Source of the DNA: Candidatus Oxydemutatoraceae bacterium
GTDB lineage: Bacteria > Pseudomonadota > Gammaproteobacteria > Poriferisulfidales > Oxydemutatoraceae
Assembly: GCA_965220085.1 (NCBI GenBank)
Contig: CBDCOZ010000003.1
Location: 384,001-448,000 of the forward strand
Reading direction: 5' to 3'
Length of the DNA: 64,000 nt
In this document: piece after piece, positions 49,967-61,555 of the stretch
Position numbering within the stretch: position 1 is the first letter of the stretch
Layout: each line of letters begins with the position of its first letter
Position numbers and translations under genes: made by a program
Notes under the pieces: model-generated
The model's input: only the letters and a program-made list of their open reading frames with translations
Databases searched by the model: none
Told to the model about the DNA's origin: nothing

Positions 49967-51335
49967 ACAAAGCGTTTATGTCGCCGGTATCTGCGGCACA
50001 TTCATGACCGGGCTGGCGCGGATTGCCGGCGAGCTCGGTTGCAAAGTCGGCGGTTGTGACAAGACATTTTATCCGCCGATGAGCGAGCAACTTAAGCGGA
50101 TGGATGTATCCGTTGATAGCGGTTTCGCATTGCCCGAAGGGGATTGGGATTGCTATGTTATCGGCAACGCTTTGTCGCGCGGCAATCCGCTGGCAGAGGC
50201 GGTTCTTGAGCGCCAATTGCCGTTTTGTTCCGGGCCGCAGTGGTTGTATGAACGGGTCCTGCGCCGGCGCCGGACATTGTGTGTGGCGGGCACCCACGGC
50301 AAGACGACGACAGCTTCCATGCTGGCATGGATTCTTGAGCGCGCCGGCGCAAGCCCGGGGTTTTTGATCGGCGGGGTGCCGGGTAATTTTGGCATTTCTT
50401 CCCGCTTGGGTCGCTCCGATATGTTTGTGATAGAAGGCGATGAGTACGACACCGCTTTTTTTGATAAGCGTTCAAAATTCTTACACTGCCATCCGCGGGT
50501 GTTGATACTCAATAATCTGGAGTTTGATCACGCTGATATCTTTCCCGATCTGGATGCGATAAAGACACAATTTCATCACTTGATGCGCACTGTTCCGGCG
50601 GGAGGACTGGCGGTAGCGCGCGCGCACGACAGCGCGTTACAAGATGTTTTAACGCGCGGCTGTTGGTGCGAAGTGCAGACTTTCGGCTTGGATAGCGAGC
50701 GCGCGCAGTGGCAGGGGCGTATGCTGAAAAATGGTTTTGAACTGCTGTGCCAAGGGCGCTCACAAGGCGTTTGCGAGTGGGACATAGCGGGCGAGCACAA
50801 TGTTCTCAATGCGGTTGCCGCAATCGCAGCCGCCAACAAAGTCGGCGTGACGGCGGCGGAGTCGCTCGAAGCGCTCAAGACTTTTCGGGGCGTTAGCAGG
50901 CGGTTGGAGATAAGCGGTCGCTATGAGGACATTACTGTCTATGATGATTTTGCCCACCACCCGACCGAGATCAAAGCCGGCATCGCCGCTCTGCGCGCCC
51001 GCGGCAACGGAGGCAGATTGATTGCGGTTGTCGAACCGCGTTCAAACACGATGAAAAGCGGTTGCCACAATGCCGATTTGATCGCGGCGCTCGCTACCGC
51101 GGATCGGGTGTTCTTTTATCAGCCGGCGGATTTGCAATGGTCTTTGGAGGCGTTGGATCGCGGCGTCCTGCCCCAAGCCACAACGCATAAAGACATTGCC
51201 GCGATGAGCGAGGCCGTCGCCGCAGAAGCCCGGGCACAGGATCAGATACTGGTGATGTCCAACGGGGATTTCGGGGGCATGTGTCGGCGTATCGGCGAAT
51301 TGCTCGACAACCGGGCGGGCGCTAAAGATTCTTAA
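49953..51335 (+). CDS. mpl: Murein peptide ligase
   Basis: GICGTFM, YPPMS, GTHGKTTT, EYDTAFFDKRSKF, DDFAHHPT, MSNG.FGG. Confidence 0.96.
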   Translation: MAVSRQSVYVAGICGTFMTGLARIAGELGCKVGGCDKTFYPPMSEQLKRMDVSVDSGFALPEGDWDCYVIGNALSRGNPLAEAVLERQLPFCSGPQWLYERVLRRRRTLCVAGTHGKTTTASMLAWILERAGASPGFLIGGVPGNFGISSRLGRSDMFVIEGDEYDTAFFDKRSKFLHCHPRVLILNNLEFDHADIFPDLDAIKTQFHHLMRTVPAGGLAVARAHDSALQDVLTRGCWCEVQTFGLDSERAQWQGRMLKNGFELLCQGRSQGVCEWDIAGEHNVLNAVAAIAAANKVGVTAAESLEALKTFRGVSRRLEISGRYEDITVYDDFAHHPTEIKAGIAALRARGNGGRLIAVVEPRSNTMKSGCHNADLIAALATADRVFFYQPADLQWSLEALDRGVLPQATTHKDIAAMSEAVAAEARAQDQILVMSNGDFGGMCRRIGELLDNRAGAKDS

Positions 51336-51627
51336 AGGCGTGTTCGGCGGCGTCCAGAGTCAGGCCGATGGCATCATCGGTATGGGCGGCCGAGCGGTGC
51401 CTTGTCCCAAGCCACAACATATAAAGACATTGCCGCGCTGCGCTCGGCCGTCGCCGCAGAGGCCCGGGCACAGGATCAGATACTGGTGATGTCCAACGGG
51501 GATTTCGGGGGCATGTGTCGGCGTATCGGCGAATTGCTCGACACCAGGGCGCGCGCTAAAGGTTCTTAAAGGCGCGTTCGGCGGCGTCCAGAGTCAGACC
51601 GATGGCATCATCGGTATGGGCGGCCGA
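51172..51627. repeat. Direct duplication (~222 bp, period 234) of the convergent mpl/hemL junction
   Basis: 51172-51393 matches 51406-51627 with scattered substitutions. Confidence 0.93.
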
Positions 51628-52845
51628 TACGAAGCCCGCTTCGTACGGTGATGGCGCAAGATAAATACCTCGTTCGAGCATCAGGCGGAAGAATTGCTTA
51701 AACCGTTCGCCGTCGCATCGTTTCACCTGAGCGAAGCGTGTGATTTCGCGCTCGTGTTGAGAAGTGAAAAAGAACCCGAACATCGCTCCGATGTGGCGGC
51801 AAAAGAAGGGTATGTTTGCGGCGCGGGCGCGTTCGCAGAGCCCGTCGCTTAAGGCGGCGGTTTTGGAAGCGATTGCATCAAGCGTGTTTGATGCTGCCAG
51901 AATCTCAAGCGTCTTTAAGCCGGCCGCCATCGCGACAGGATTGCCGGATAAGGTCCCGGCCTGATAGACGGTTCCCGCCGGCGCCAAATGTCGCATGATC
52001 TTTCGCGCGCCGCCGAAGGCTCCGACAGGCATCCCCCCGCCGATGATTTTCCCAAGCGTTGTCAGGTCGGGTTTTGTCTCGCAGAGAGATTGCGCGCCGC
52101 CGTTGGCAACGCGGAATCCGCTCATGACTTCGTCAAAGATGAGCAGTGCGCCGTATGTGTCGCAGCATTCGCGCAATGTGCGGAGAAAGGTTGCGTCGCC
52201 CGGCACCAGATTCATATTGCCCGCGACAGGTTCGACGATGACGGCGGCTATCTCATCGCCGGTCTTTGCGAATGCTTCGCGCACTTGTTGCGGCTCGTTG
52301 TAGTCCGCCACGATTGTCTGCGCGGCGATGGCTTCGGGTACCCCGGGCGAGCCCGCAATACCGAGTGTCAGCGCGCCGGACCCCGCCGCGCTTAGCAAGG
52401 TATCGCTGTGTCCGTGGTAGCAACCGTCAAATTTGACAATCAAATTGCGTCCCGTGAATCCGCGCGCCAGCCGCACGGCGCTCATGGTCGCTTCGGTGCC
52501 GGAATTCACCATGCGCACCATTTCAACGGACTCTATCGCGGCGCAAATTTTCTCGGCCAGCAAGACTTCGGCTTCGGTCGGGGCGCCGAAACTCAGGCCC
52601 TTGCGCGCTGCGGCTGTGACAGCCTCCGACACCGCAGGATGCGCGTGGCCCAGAATCGCCGCGCCCCATGAGCCGACATAGTCAATATAACTTTTTCCGT
52701 CTACATCAAACAGATATGCGCCTTCGGCACGGGCGATAAAAGGCGGTTCGCCGCCGACCGCCGCGAAAGCCCTGACCGGAGAATTGACTCCGCCGGGAAT
52801 CAAGCCGCAGGCCCGGGCAAATAATTTTTGTGATTTATCGGTCAA
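51556..52845 (-). CDS. hemL: Glutamate-1-semialdehyde 2,1-aminomutase
   Basis: [46 protein letters not shown]. Confidence 0.97.
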   Translation of the reverse strand: MTDKSQKLFARACGLIPGGVNSPVRAFAAVGGEPPFIARAEGAYLFDVDGKSYIDYVGSWGAAILGHAHPAVSEAVTAAARKGLSFGAPTEAEVLLAEKICAAIESVEMVRMVNSGTEATMSAVRLARGFTGRNLIVKFDGCYHGHSDTLLSAAGSGALTLGIAGSPGVPEAIAAQTIVADYNEPQQVREAFAKTGDEIAAVIVEPVAGNMNLVPGDATFLRTLRECCDTYGALLIFDEVMSGFRVANGGAQSLCETKPDLTTLGKIIGGGMPVGAFGGARKIMRHLAPAGTVYQAGTLSGNPVAMAAGLKTLEILAASNTLDAIASKTAALSDGLCERARAANIPFFCRHIGAMFGFFFTSQHEREITRFAQVKRCDGERFKQFFRLMLERGIYLAPSPYEAGFVSAAHTDDAIGLTLDAAERAFKNL

Positions 52846-53012
52846 TTTCTATGTCAGTTGCGCGCATAATGCGATATGATAACGCCTTATTTGAGTTTCA
52901 TTTCATGTGACTTCTGCAAAGCGGTGGCAAATATACGGTTATCGGCTTTCTGAGAGCTTGGTCTAAGACCATAATTTTATACGAAAATGGGTGTGATATC
53001 TGATTCCTGACT

Positions 53013-54368
53013 GTGTTAATTCGGATTAAAAAGGGTTTGGACATTCCCATCGGCGGGGCGCCGCGGCAAGAAATAGATAAGCCGGCGCCAACGTCAAAGG
53101 CGGCCTTTCTGGCTGCGGAATATCAAGGCTTGAGACCCCTGCTAAAAGTGGCGATAGGCGAGCGTGTTGTGCGCGGACAAGAGTTGTGCGCGCACAAGAC
53201 ATGGCCGCAGGTTCGTTTCCTGTCCCCGGTATCCGGCACCGTGCGCGCGATCAATCGCGGCGACTATCGCTTGTTGCAATCGATCGAGATCGAACCCGAC
53301 GGCGCTCGCAGCGAACAGTTCTCGCCGTGGGATGAAGCGAAGTTGCGACAGGCATCGCGCGACGAACTCGCGGCGCATTTGCAACAAGGCGGGTTGTGGC
53401 CCGCGTTCAAGACGCGTCCCTACGGCAAGATTCCGCCGCCGGACAGCGCGCCCGAGTCCATTTTTGTTACCGCGACAGACACCCGCCCGTTGGCGGCCGA
53501 CCCGCAAGTGATTATCGCCGACCGCAGCGAATACTTTGCCGTCGGTCTCAGGGCGCTCGCCGGGCTGACGGATGGCCATGTGTATCTGTGTGTCGCGGAG
53601 CAGTCATCGGTGCGGGCGATCGAGCATCCGCGGGTGCGGCGCGCGGAATTTGCCGGTCCGCATCCGGCCGGATTGGCCGGCACGCATATCCATTTTTTGA
53701 GTCCGGTGTGCGGCGACAAAGTAGCGTGGGTCATCAACTATCAGGATGTTATTGCGATAGGCGAGTTGCTTTTAAGCGGAGAATATCCGGCGGACAGAGT
53801 GGTCGCGCTGGCCGGCCCGGCGTGTCATAAACCGCGCTTGTTGAAGGTGCGTTTGGGAGACTCCATCGATGAACTCTGTCGCGATGAGCTGGAACAGGAC
53901 AATGTGCGGGTGATTTCCGGGTCGGTGTTGGACGGCGTTCGCGTCGACGGACAAAGCGGTCTGGCATATATAGGCCGTTTCCATCTTCAAATCAGCGCGT
54001 TGCCCGACCGCGGGCGGAGCAAGGTCATGGCGTGGATAAGGCCGGGTCTGGATTTGTTCTCCGTGACCCGGGTGTTTTTTCCTAGATGGTTGCGGCGCGG
54101 GCGCGACTTTTCATTTTCGTGTATGCAAAACGGCAGCGAGCGGGCGCTGGTGCCTTTGTCTGTTTACGAGCGGGTGTTTCCGCTTGATATGTTGCCGACC
54201 CCGCTGCTGAGAGCGCTGTTGGTGACGGATACCGAACAGGCGCAGGAGCTCGGTTGCCTTGAGTTGGAAGAGGAAGACCTGTCGCTGTGCTCGTATATAT
54301 GCCCCGGCAAGCACGAGTTTGGTTTCGCGTTGCGCAAGGCTCTTGATCAGATTGAAAAGGAAGGCTAG
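53013..54368 (+). CDS. nqrA: Na+-translocating NADH:quinone reductase subunit A
   Basis: IKKGLDIPI, GPHPAG, ISGSVL, LEEEDLSLCSYICPGK. Confidence 0.95.
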   Translation: MLIRIKKGLDIPIGGAPRQEIDKPAPTSKAAFLAAEYQGLRPLLKVAIGERVVRGQELCAHKTWPQVRFLSPVSGTVRAINRGDYRLLQSIEIEPDGARSEQFSPWDEAKLRQASRDELAAHLQQGGLWPAFKTRPYGKIPPPDSAPESIFVTATDTRPLAADPQVIIADRSEYFAVGLRALAGLTDGHVYLCVAEQSSVRAIEHPRVRRAEFAGPHPAGLAGTHIHFLSPVCGDKVAWVINYQDVIAIGELLLSGEYPADRVVALAGPACHKPRLLKVRLGDSIDELCRDELEQDNVRVISGSVLDGVRVDGQSGLAYIGRFHLQISALPDRGRSKVMAWIRPGLDLFSVTRVFFPRWLRRGRDFSFSCMQNGSERALVPLSVYERVFPLDMLPTPLLRALLVTDTEQAQELGCLELEEEDLSLCSYICPGKHEFGFALRKALDQIEKEG

Positions 54369-54378
54369 GGGGAAGCGA

Positions 54379-55569
54379 ATGCGTATTAATTGGCCGGGCG
54401 AAGATCACAAATGGCATAAAGTTGCGGAGCCCATCCGCGAGATGGTGGATACCTTTGTCTTTTGGACCGACAAGACAACGACGACAGCGCCGCATATTCG
54501 CGATGGCATAGACCTCAAGCGCGTGATGAGTTATGTCGTCGTCGCCACGCTGCCTTGCGTGCTGATGTCGTGGTTTAACACCGGCTATCAGGCCAATTTG
54601 GTATTGGCGCAGATGGGCGAATTGGGCATATCCGGCTGGCGCGGCGGCTTGACCGCCGCCTTCGGCGTTGCGCGCGACCCGTCTAATATCGCGGCGTGCA
54701 TGTTTCTCGGTTTCTTGTTTTTCCTGCCGATATATCTGGTCACGGTTATCGTCGGAGGCTTATGGGAGGTTTTGTTTGCGGTCGTCAGAGGGCACGAAGT
54801 GAACGAAGGATTTTTCGTGACCTCCATGCTATACACCCTGACCTTGCCGCCCGACACGCCGCTGTGGCTGGTCGCATTGGGCATCTCCTTCGGCGTTGTC
54901 ATCGGCAAAGAAGTATTCGGCGGCACCGGCAAGAACTTTCTCAATCCGGCCCTGGTCGGCAGGGCTTTTTTATATTTCGCATACCCCGCGCACATGTCCG
55001 GCGACAGTGTCTGGGTTGCGGTGGACGGTTACAGCGGCGCGACCCCGCTTGGAATCGCCGCCTTATCCGGCGTAGAGGGCGTGATAGACAGCGGCTATCG
55101 GTGGTCACAGGCTTTTTGGGGGGTATTGCCCGGCTCGCTCGGCGAGACCTCCGCCGCCGGGTGTCTGCTCGGCGCCGCATTTTTGGTGTATACGCGCATT
55201 GCATCGTGGCGCATTATTCTGGGTGTCTTTGCCGGAATGGTCGTGACTTCTTCGTTGCTTAATTGGGTCGGCAACGATAGCAACCCGATGTTTGCGATGC
55301 CGTGGCACTGGCACCTTGTCCTCGGCGGCTTCGCATTTGGCATGACCTACATGGCCACCGAACCGGTATCGGCGACGGTGACCGATGCCGGACGGTGGAT
55401 CTACGGTTTGTTGATTGGCTTTTTGGCTGTTTTGATCCGGGTTGTTAATCCGGCGTTTCCCGAGGGGATAATGCTTGCGATTTTATTTGCCAATATATTT
55501 TCGCCGACGATAGACTACTTTGTCGCGCGATTTAATATCAGGCGCAGGATGAGACGTTATGGACAATAA
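54379..55569 (+). CDS. nqrB: Na+-NQR subunit B
   Basis: HIRDGIDLKR, EGFFVTS, KEVFGGTGKN, SGATPL FMN site. Confidence 0.96.
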   Translation: MRINWPGEDHKWHKVAEPIREMVDTFVFWTDKTTTTAPHIRDGIDLKRVMSYVVVATLPCVLMSWFNTGYQANLVLAQMGELGISGWRGGLTAAFGVARDPSNIAACMFLGFLFFLPIYLVTVIVGGLWEVLFAVVRGHEVNEGFFVTSMLYTLTLPPDTPLWLVALGISFGVVIGKEVFGGTGKNFLNPALVGRAFLYFAYPAHMSGDSVWVAVDGYSGATPLGIAALSGVEGVIDSGYRWSQAFWGVLPGSLGETSAAGCLLGAAFLVYTRIASWRIILGVFAGMVVTSSLLNWVGNDSNPMFAMPWHWHLVLGGFAFGMTYMATEPVSATVTDAGRWIYGLLIGFLAVLIRVVNPAFPEGIMLAILFANIFSPTIDYFVARFNIRRRMRRYGQ

Positions 55570-56344
55570 TTCCATCGCCAAAACCTTAATCGTTATCGTT
55601 TTGCTGTGCGGGGTTTGTTCCATCATCGTTTCGGCGATGGCGATCGGTTTGCGCCCGTTGCAAGAAGCCAATGCCCGGGCGGAGATCAGCCGCGGCGTGC
55701 TTGAGGTCTCGGGGCTGTATCAGCCCGGTGTCGATGAGGCCGAGTTGCTAAAACTGGCGGAGAGTCGCATCGTTGATCTTGCAACGGGACGTTTTGCCGA
55801 CGCGATAGCCGCCGAAGATTTTGATTTGCAGAGCGCGCTCACGGACCCGAGCCTGACGCGGGCGTTGAGCGCGCAAGAGGACATCGCTTCCATCGGGCGG
55901 CTGCCGAGATATATAAAAGTGAGCCTGATTCGTCGGGATGATCGCCTGTTGCGCATCGTGCTTCCGGTTTACGGCTATGGCTTGTGGTCTACCCTGTACG
56001 GATTCATCGCTTTGGAACCCGATGCGAATACGGTTTATGGGTTAAAATTCTATCAGCACAAGGAGACACCGGGGCTCGGCGGGCGGGTGGACAGCCCGGC
56101 TTGGCGCGCGCAGTGGCACGGCAAACGTATCTATGATGACGAGGGAAATCTGCGACTGACAGTCGGCAAATGCGGGACGATGACTAACAAGACGGAAGAG
56201 CATCAACTGGACGGCTTGTCCGGAGCGACACTAACCGCTTGCGGGGTGGATAACATCATTCGCTTTTGGTTCGGCAAACAAGCGTATGGTCGCTTTTTGG
56301 AATTGCGTCCGTTTGACGAAGGAGGCGGCGATGGCATGGGCTGA
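55559..56344 (+). CDS. nqrC: Na+-NQR subunit C
   Basis: [22 protein letters not shown]. Confidence 0.95.
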   Translation: MDNNSIAKTLIVIVLLCGVCSIIVSAMAIGLRPLQEANARAEISRGVLEVSGLYQPGVDEAELLKLAESRIVDLATGRFADAIAAEDFDLQSALTDPSLTRALSAQEDIASIGRLPRYIKVSLIRRDDRLLRIVLPVYGYGLWSTLYGFIALEPDANTVYGLKFYQHKETPGLGGRVDSPAWRAQWHGKRIYDDEGNLRLTVGKCGTMTNKTEEHQLDGLSGATLTACGVDNIIRFWFGKQAYGRFLELRPFDEGGGDGMG

Positions 56345-56984
56345 GAACAAAAAGGTTTTGCTTGACCCGTTAATCGATAACAACCCGATTACGCTGCAGA
56401 TACTCGGCATTTGTTCCGCATTGGCGGTCACCACAACACTCGCCGCATCTCTGATTATGTGCATGGCGCTGACTTCGGTGTTGGCTTTGTCAAACGCATC
56501 CATCAGCATGATTCGCAACCATGTGCCGACCAATGTGCGCATCATTGTGCAGATGACTATTATCGCGTCGCTGGTCATCGTGGCCGACCAGATTCTCAAA
56601 GCCTACATCTATGAGATTAGCAAAACGCTGTCGGTCTTTGTCGGTCTGATTATCACCAATTGCATCGTGCTGGGGCGGGCCGAAGCATACGCGATGAAAA
56701 ACCCCGTCGGCCTGAGCTTCATAGACGGTCTGGGCAACGGCCTTGGCTATAGCTTGGCGCTGATTTTTGTCGGCACGGTCAGGGAGTTATTCGGCTTTGG
56801 CACCCTGCTTTCGTATCCGGTATTGCCGACGGTCGAGCAGGGAGGGTGGTATGTGCCGAACGGTTTGTTGTTGCTGCCGCCGTCGGCGTTTTTCTTGATC
56901 GGCCTGATGATATGGGCGATTCGCAGCTGCCGCCCGCGGCAGGTCGAACAAGCCGAGTTTCGCATCGTCGCCAAAACGGGTTAG
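56331..56984 (+). CDS. nqrD: Na+-NQR subunit D
   Basis: [29 protein letters not shown]. Confidence 0.96.
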   Translation: MAWAENKKVLLDPLIDNNPITLQILGICSALAVTTTLAASLIMCMALTSVLALSNASISMIRNHVPTNVRIIVQMTIIASLVIVADQILKAYIYEISKTLSVFVGLIITNCIVLGRAEAYAMKNPVGLSFIDGLGNGLGYSLALIFVGTVRELFGFGTLLSYPVLPTVEQGGWYVPNGLLLLPPSAFFLIGLMIWAIRSCRPRQVEQAEFRIVAKTG

Positions 56985-56988
56985 TCCG

Positions 56989-57597
56989 ATGGAACAATTG
57001 CTGCAATTATTCGTTAAATCTGTCTTTGTTGAAAATCTGGCTTTGGCCTTTTTCCTCGGCATGTGCACATTCCTTGCCATCTCAAAAAAGATGGAGAACG
57101 CCATCGGTCTCGGCATCGCGGTGATCGTTGTGCAGGCATTGACGGTGCCGTTGAATAATCTCATCTATCAGTTCTTTCTCAGGGATGGCGCTTTGTCCTG
57201 GGCCGGTCTGCCCCAAGTGGATTTGTCTTTTCTGGGTTACATCAGTTATATCGGCGTGATTGCCGCGGCCGTGCAACTGCTGGAAATGTTATTGGATCGT
57301 TTCTTTCCGGCGCTGTATGCCGCCCTCGGTATATTCCTCCCGCTGATTACGGTCAACTGCGCGATTCTGGGCGGTTCGCTGTTTATGGTCGAACGCAATT
57401 ACGACTTTGCCCAAAGCGTGGTTTACGGTTTTGGCAGCGGGGTCGGGTGGATGCTTGCGATTGTCGCTTTGGCCGGAATTCGCGAGAGACTGAAGTACAG
57501 CGATGTGCCGGACGGGTTGCAGGGGCTCGGTATCAGCTTCATCACCGTCGGTTTAATGTCGCTCGGCTTCATGGCGTTTTCCGGTATCAAACTCTGA
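56989..57597 (+). CDS. nqrE: Na+-NQR subunit E
   Basis: [20 protein letters not shown]. Confidence 0.96.
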   Translation: MEQLLQLFVKSVFVENLALAFFLGMCTFLAISKKMENAIGLGIAVIVVQALTVPLNNLIYQFFLRDGALSWAGLPQVDLSFLGYISYIGVIAAAVQLLEMLLDRFFPALYAALGIFLPLITVNCAILGGSLFMVERNYDFAQSVVYGFGSGVGWMLAIVALAGIRERLKYSDVPDGLQGLGISFITVGLMSLGFMAFSGIKL

Positions 57598-58823
57598 TGA
57601 CAGTCGCGCTTGAAATTATCCTCGGCTTTGTTTTTTTCACGGCCATTGTCCTGATTCTGGTTTTCGTGATTCTGGCGGCAAAATCTTTTTTGGTGCCAAA
57701 GGGCGAAGTGCGGGTCACGGTGAACGGCGGCGAGAGCGGCTTTGCCACGACACCGGGCGGCAAGCTGCTTGGCGTGCTTGCGAGTCATGGCTTATTTGTC
57801 GCATCGGCCTGCGGCGGCGGCGGCACATGCGGGCAATGTCGGGTCAAAGTTCTGTCCGGCGGCGGCGCAATCCTGCCGACCGAGAAAACCTATATCACGC
57901 CCCGCGAAGCGCGCGATGGCGACAGATTGTCTTGCCAACTGACGGTGAAACAGGATATAGCGATAGAGCTTGCGCCGGAGGTGTTTGGCGCCCGGCAGTG
58001 GGAGTGCGCGGTGCGTTCAAATGATAATGTCGCGACATTTATTAAGAATCTGGCGCTGGAGTTGCCGTCCGGAGAAGATGTTGATTTCCGCGCCGGCGGA
58101 TATATCCAGATTGAATGTCCGCCGCACGATGTCAGGTTCTCCGATTTTGATATCGGCGAGGAATACCGCGATGCATGGGACGAACAAGGCTTATGGAAAT
58201 ATGAGTCACACGCGCATATGCCGGTCTCGCGGGCCTATTCCATGGCAAATTATCCCGAAGAGAAAGGCGTGGTTATGCTGAATGTCCGGATTGCTACGCC
58301 GCCGTCGCCGGAGTTGCCTCCCGGTGTGATGTCGTCGTATTTGTTTGCGCTCAAGCCCGGAGACAAGGTGACGATTGCCGGTCCTTTTGGCGATTTTTAT
58401 GCCAAAGAGACACAAAACGAGATGGTCTTCATTGGCGGCGGCGCGGGGATGGCGCCGATGCGCTCGCATATATTTGATCAATTGTTGCGCCTCAAGAGCC
58501 GGCGCAAAATCAGTTTCTGGTACGGCGCGCGCAGTTTGCGCGAGTTGTTTTTTGTCAAAGATTTTGATGACCTCGCTCGCGACCATGACAATTTTTCATG
58601 GCATATAGGATTGTCCGACCCGCAACCGAGCGACAGTTGGAGCGGCTATGTCGGATTCATCCATATGGTTTTATACGAGAACTATCTCAAGAACCATCCG
58701 CAACCCGAAGATTGCGAATACTATATCTGCGGCCCGCCGATGATGAACGATGCTGTGACAGATATGTTGCGGCATCTCGGCGTCGAAGATGAAAACATTA
58801 TGCTCGATGATTTTGGCGGGTAA
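57597..58823 (+). CDS. nqrF: Na+-NQR subunit F
   Basis: [39 protein letters not shown]. Confidence 0.97.
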   Translation: MTVALEIILGFVFFTAIVLILVFVILAAKSFLVPKGEVRVTVNGGESGFATTPGGKLLGVLASHGLFVASACGGGGTCGQCRVKVLSGGGAILPTEKTYITPREARDGDRLSCQLTVKQDIAIELAPEVFGARQWECAVRSNDNVATFIKNLALELPSGEDVDFRAGGYIQIECPPHDVRFSDFDIGEEYRDAWDEQGLWKYESHAHMPVSRAYSMANYPEEKGVVMLNVRIATPPSPELPPGVMSSYLFALKPGDKVTIAGPFGDFYAKETQNEMVFIGGGAGMAPMRSHIFDQLLRLKSRRKISFWYGARSLRELFFVKDFDDLARDHDNFSWHIGLSDPQPSDSWSGYVGFIHMVLYENYLKNHPQPEDCEYYICGPPMMNDAVTDMLRHLGVEDENIMLDDFGG

Positions 58824-59841
58824 AACCGCATTGCCGAAATCGCTCGCATGGGTGTGCGCGGCGTTTATCGTCGTTGCCTGCGGCGAACAGCGAGACGAGC
58901 ATGCTTTCCAAGGGCCGACCATGGGCACCAGTTGGTCGATCAAGATGTTTGAGTCTATGGACGAGTCGCAGTTTGATGCCGTGACTGCAAAGATAACGGC
59001 ATATCTGGATAAAGCGGAGGCGATGATGTCGACCTATGTCGCCGATTCCGATGTAAGCCGTTTCAACGCGTCGCGCTCGACCGAGTGGCAGGCGGTATCT
59101 CCCGAAGTCGCGGAAGTGGTCGCGTATGCGCAACATGTTAGCAAACTCACTCAGGGGGCGTTTGATATTACCGTAGCGCCGTTGGTCGAGCTGTGGGGCT
59201 TTGGCAGCGCCGAACGGCGGCAGCCGCCCGCTGCGGCGGATATTGAAAGCGCATTGCGGCGGTTGGGGTATCGGCGCCTGTCGGTGCGTCGTCAGCCGCC
59301 GGCGTTGCGCAAGGCTGTGCCCGGCCTGAGCATCGACCTGTCGGCGATTGCCAAAGGCTATGCCGCAGACGGTGTGGCGGATATCTTGCGGGCGCACGGA
59401 GTGACGAATTATCTGGCGGAGGTTGGCGGCGAATTGCGGGCATCCGGTATCAGCGGGAAGCTACAACCGTGGCATGTCGGCGTGGAAAAGCCGATACCCG
59501 GCTGGCGCGAAGTGATGCGGGCGGTGCAGCCGGACGGGGCCGGCATTGCGACATCCGGCGATTATCGGAATTTCCTTGAGACAGACGGGGAGAGGTATTC
59601 GCACGAAATTGATCCGCGCAGCGGAAGGCCGCTCCCGTACCGCGGCGCATCGGTCACTGTCATCGCCCCGACAGCGATGGCGGCGGATGCTTGGGCGACG
59701 GGTCTTTTTGTGGCGGGCAAAGAAAAAGGCATGGAGCTTGCGCAAGAGCAAGGGTTGGCGGTCTACTATATAGAGCAAACCGATGCCGGGTTCGCCCAGA
59801 CGATGAGCCAAGCTTTCTCCCGCTACCTTGTCGGCCCGTGA
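58789..59841 (+). CDS. apbE: FAD:protein FMN transferase
   Basis: Lipobox [30 protein letters not shown]; start uncertain. Confidence 0.94.
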   Translation: MKTLCSMILAGKTALPKSLAWVCAAFIVVACGEQRDEHAFQGPTMGTSWSIKMFESMDESQFDAVTAKITAYLDKAEAMMSTYVADSDVSRFNASRSTEWQAVSPEVAEVVAYAQHVSKLTQGAFDITVAPLVELWGFGSAERRQPPAAADIESALRRLGYRRLSVRRQPPALRKAVPGLSIDLSAIAKGYAADGVADILRAHGVTNYLAEVGGELRASGISGKLQPWHVGVEKPIPGWREVMRAVQPDGAGIATSGDYRNFLETDGERYSHEIDPRSGRPLPYRGASVTVIAPTAMAADAWATGLFVAGKEKGMELAQEQGLAVYYIEQTDAGFAQTMSQAFSRYLVGP

Positions 59842-59889
59842 AGTGTTTGTGCTTGTCGGAGCTCGGAGCGCCGACAGACACCCGCGCCG

Positions 59890-60072
59890 TTACTTGCGGG
59901 CGAGGATTTTTTTCGCAGTCGGCGATGCGCGCTTGTTGCCGGATTTGCACGATGCGCAATTAAGCCCGCCGCAACTGCCGCACAACGGTTTGCGCTTGAA
60001 GATGACGCCGATTGCCATCGCGCCGACGACGGTCAGCAAAACCAGGAAACTTGCGATATAGACTGTCCACAT
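59890..60072 (-). CDS. nqrM: Na+-NQR maturation factor NqrM
   Basis: Transmembrane helix then MAIGVIFKRKPLCGSCGGLNCASC. Confidence 0.8.
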   Translation of the reverse strand: MWTVYIASFLVLLTVVGAMAIGVIFKRKPLCGSCGGLNCASCKSGNKRASPTAKKILARK

Positions 60073-60140
60073 GGCTATAACTATAGCGCTATTGTCAATG
60101 GCTTGCGGATTCAAGCGGTATCAGGGTGTATAATATCAAT

Positions 60141-60977
60141 ATGTATAAAACGATTGTTTCCGCAAAGACGCTCGCGACACAGATCGATAACCCCGATTGG
60201 GTCGTATTCGATTGCCGTTTTGAAATCGGCGATCCGCAGGCCGGTCGCCGAGCATATTTGGAAGAGCATATTCCCGCGGCGCGCTATGTCAGTTTGGACG
60301 CCGACCTGTCGTCGCCGCCGACCGGCAGCAGCGGGCGTCATCCGTTGCCCGATGTCGATGCCATCGCCGACAAACTGGCGGCGCGGGGCTTGAGCGACCG
60401 TTCGCAAGCGGTCGTTTACGATGATGCAAACGGATCGATCGCGGCCAGAATGTGGTGGACCTTGCGCTGGCTCGGTCACCCGGCGGTCGCCGTATTGGAT
60501 GGCGGATTTAGCGCATGGTTGCGAGGCGGTTTGCCGACAGAACAGGAAGCGAGCGAGTGTGAGCGGGGTAATTTCAAGGCCCGGGCCAATGACAACATGT
60601 GGGTATCGACCGCCGATGTGGAAAAATCCCTTGCCGATGCCGATACGGTTTTGATTGACGCGCGCGCCCGCGCCCGCTTTGCCGGCGAGCAAGAAAGCGT
60701 GGATAAAAAAGGCGGTCATATTCCGGGGTCTGTCAGCCATCCGTTGACCGCTAATCTTGATAATAAGGGCTGCTTTTTATCCGCCGAAGAATTGCGCGCG
60801 CGGCATGAGCCCTTGCATAAAGCGACGACGATTCACACATGCGGGTCGGGGGTGACCGCCTGCCATAACATACTGGCGATGGAAATTGCGGGGATAGGCG
60901 ATTCAAAGTTATATGTCGGTTCGTGGAGCGAGTGGATTCGTTCGTCACAACGTCCTACGGCGACGGGGGAAGGTTAG
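60141..60977 (+). CDS. Two-domain sulfurtransferase (SseA/MpsT-like)
   Basis: HIPAA, GRHPLP, ARMWW, GHIPG, CGSGVTAC, YVGSWSEW. Confidence 0.92.
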   Translation: MYKTIVSAKTLATQIDNPDWVVFDCRFEIGDPQAGRRAYLEEHIPAARYVSLDADLSSPPTGSSGRHPLPDVDAIADKLAARGLSDRSQAVVYDDANGSIAARMWWTLRWLGHPAVAVLDGGFSAWLRGGLPTEQEASECERGNFKARANDNMWVSTADVEKSLADADTVLIDARARARFAGEQESVDKKGGHIPGSVSHPLTANLDNKGCFLSAEELRARHEPLHKATTIHTCGSGVTACHNILAMEIAGIGDSKLYVGSWSEWIRSSQRPTATGEG

Positions 60978-60981
60978 CGCC

Positions 60982-61521
60982 ATGAGAAGAATCACAGTCG
61001 ATGAATTTAAACAGGCGCTTGATGCGAGCGACGAGTCGCAGGTTGTCGATATTCGTTCTCCGAGCGAATATCTGGCGGTCGGGATAGCGCAAGCGCAGTC
61101 GTTGCCGCTGGCAAATTTTGATCAACTCGCCCCGTCGTTGGATCGACAAAGAGAAGTATATGCGCTGTGCCGCACGGGTCGCCGGGCGGAAGAGTTCTGC
61201 CATAAGATAGACCGGCTGGGTTTTAATTCGGTGCTCGTCGAAGGCGGCATTGAGGCTTGGAGCAAGCGTTATCCGGTGCGCCGCAACCCCAATCTGCCGT
61301 GGTCGATCGAGCGGCAGACACGTTTTGGCGCCGGCCTGTTTGTGTTTCTCAGTGTTGTGTTGGCGTTATTCGTTCATGTCAACTTTATTTATCTGGCGGG
61401 TTTTGTCGGCGCCGGTTTGATGTATGCGGGGGCGACAGACTTTTGCGGTATGTCCGCAATGCTTGCGAAGATGCCATGGAATAAACAGATTGCGGGCGGC
61501 ACGACCGAGACTTCCGCATAG
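60982..61521 (+). CDS. Rhodanese + DUF2892 membrane protein (YgaP-like)
   Basis: DIRSPSEY, CRTGRRA, IERQ, GATDFCGM...MPWN. Confidence 0.88.
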   Translation: MRRITVDEFKQALDASDESQVVDIRSPSEYLAVGIAQAQSLPLANFDQLAPSLDRQREVYALCRTGRRAEEFCHKIDRLGFNSVLVEGGIEAWSKRYPVRRNPNLPWSIERQTRFGAGLFVFLSVVLALFVHVNFIYLAGFVGAGLMYAGATDFCGMSAMLAKMPWNKQIAGGTTETSA

Positions 61522-61555
61522 ACAATGCATAAAGTATGGGCGGATATAGTCACCC

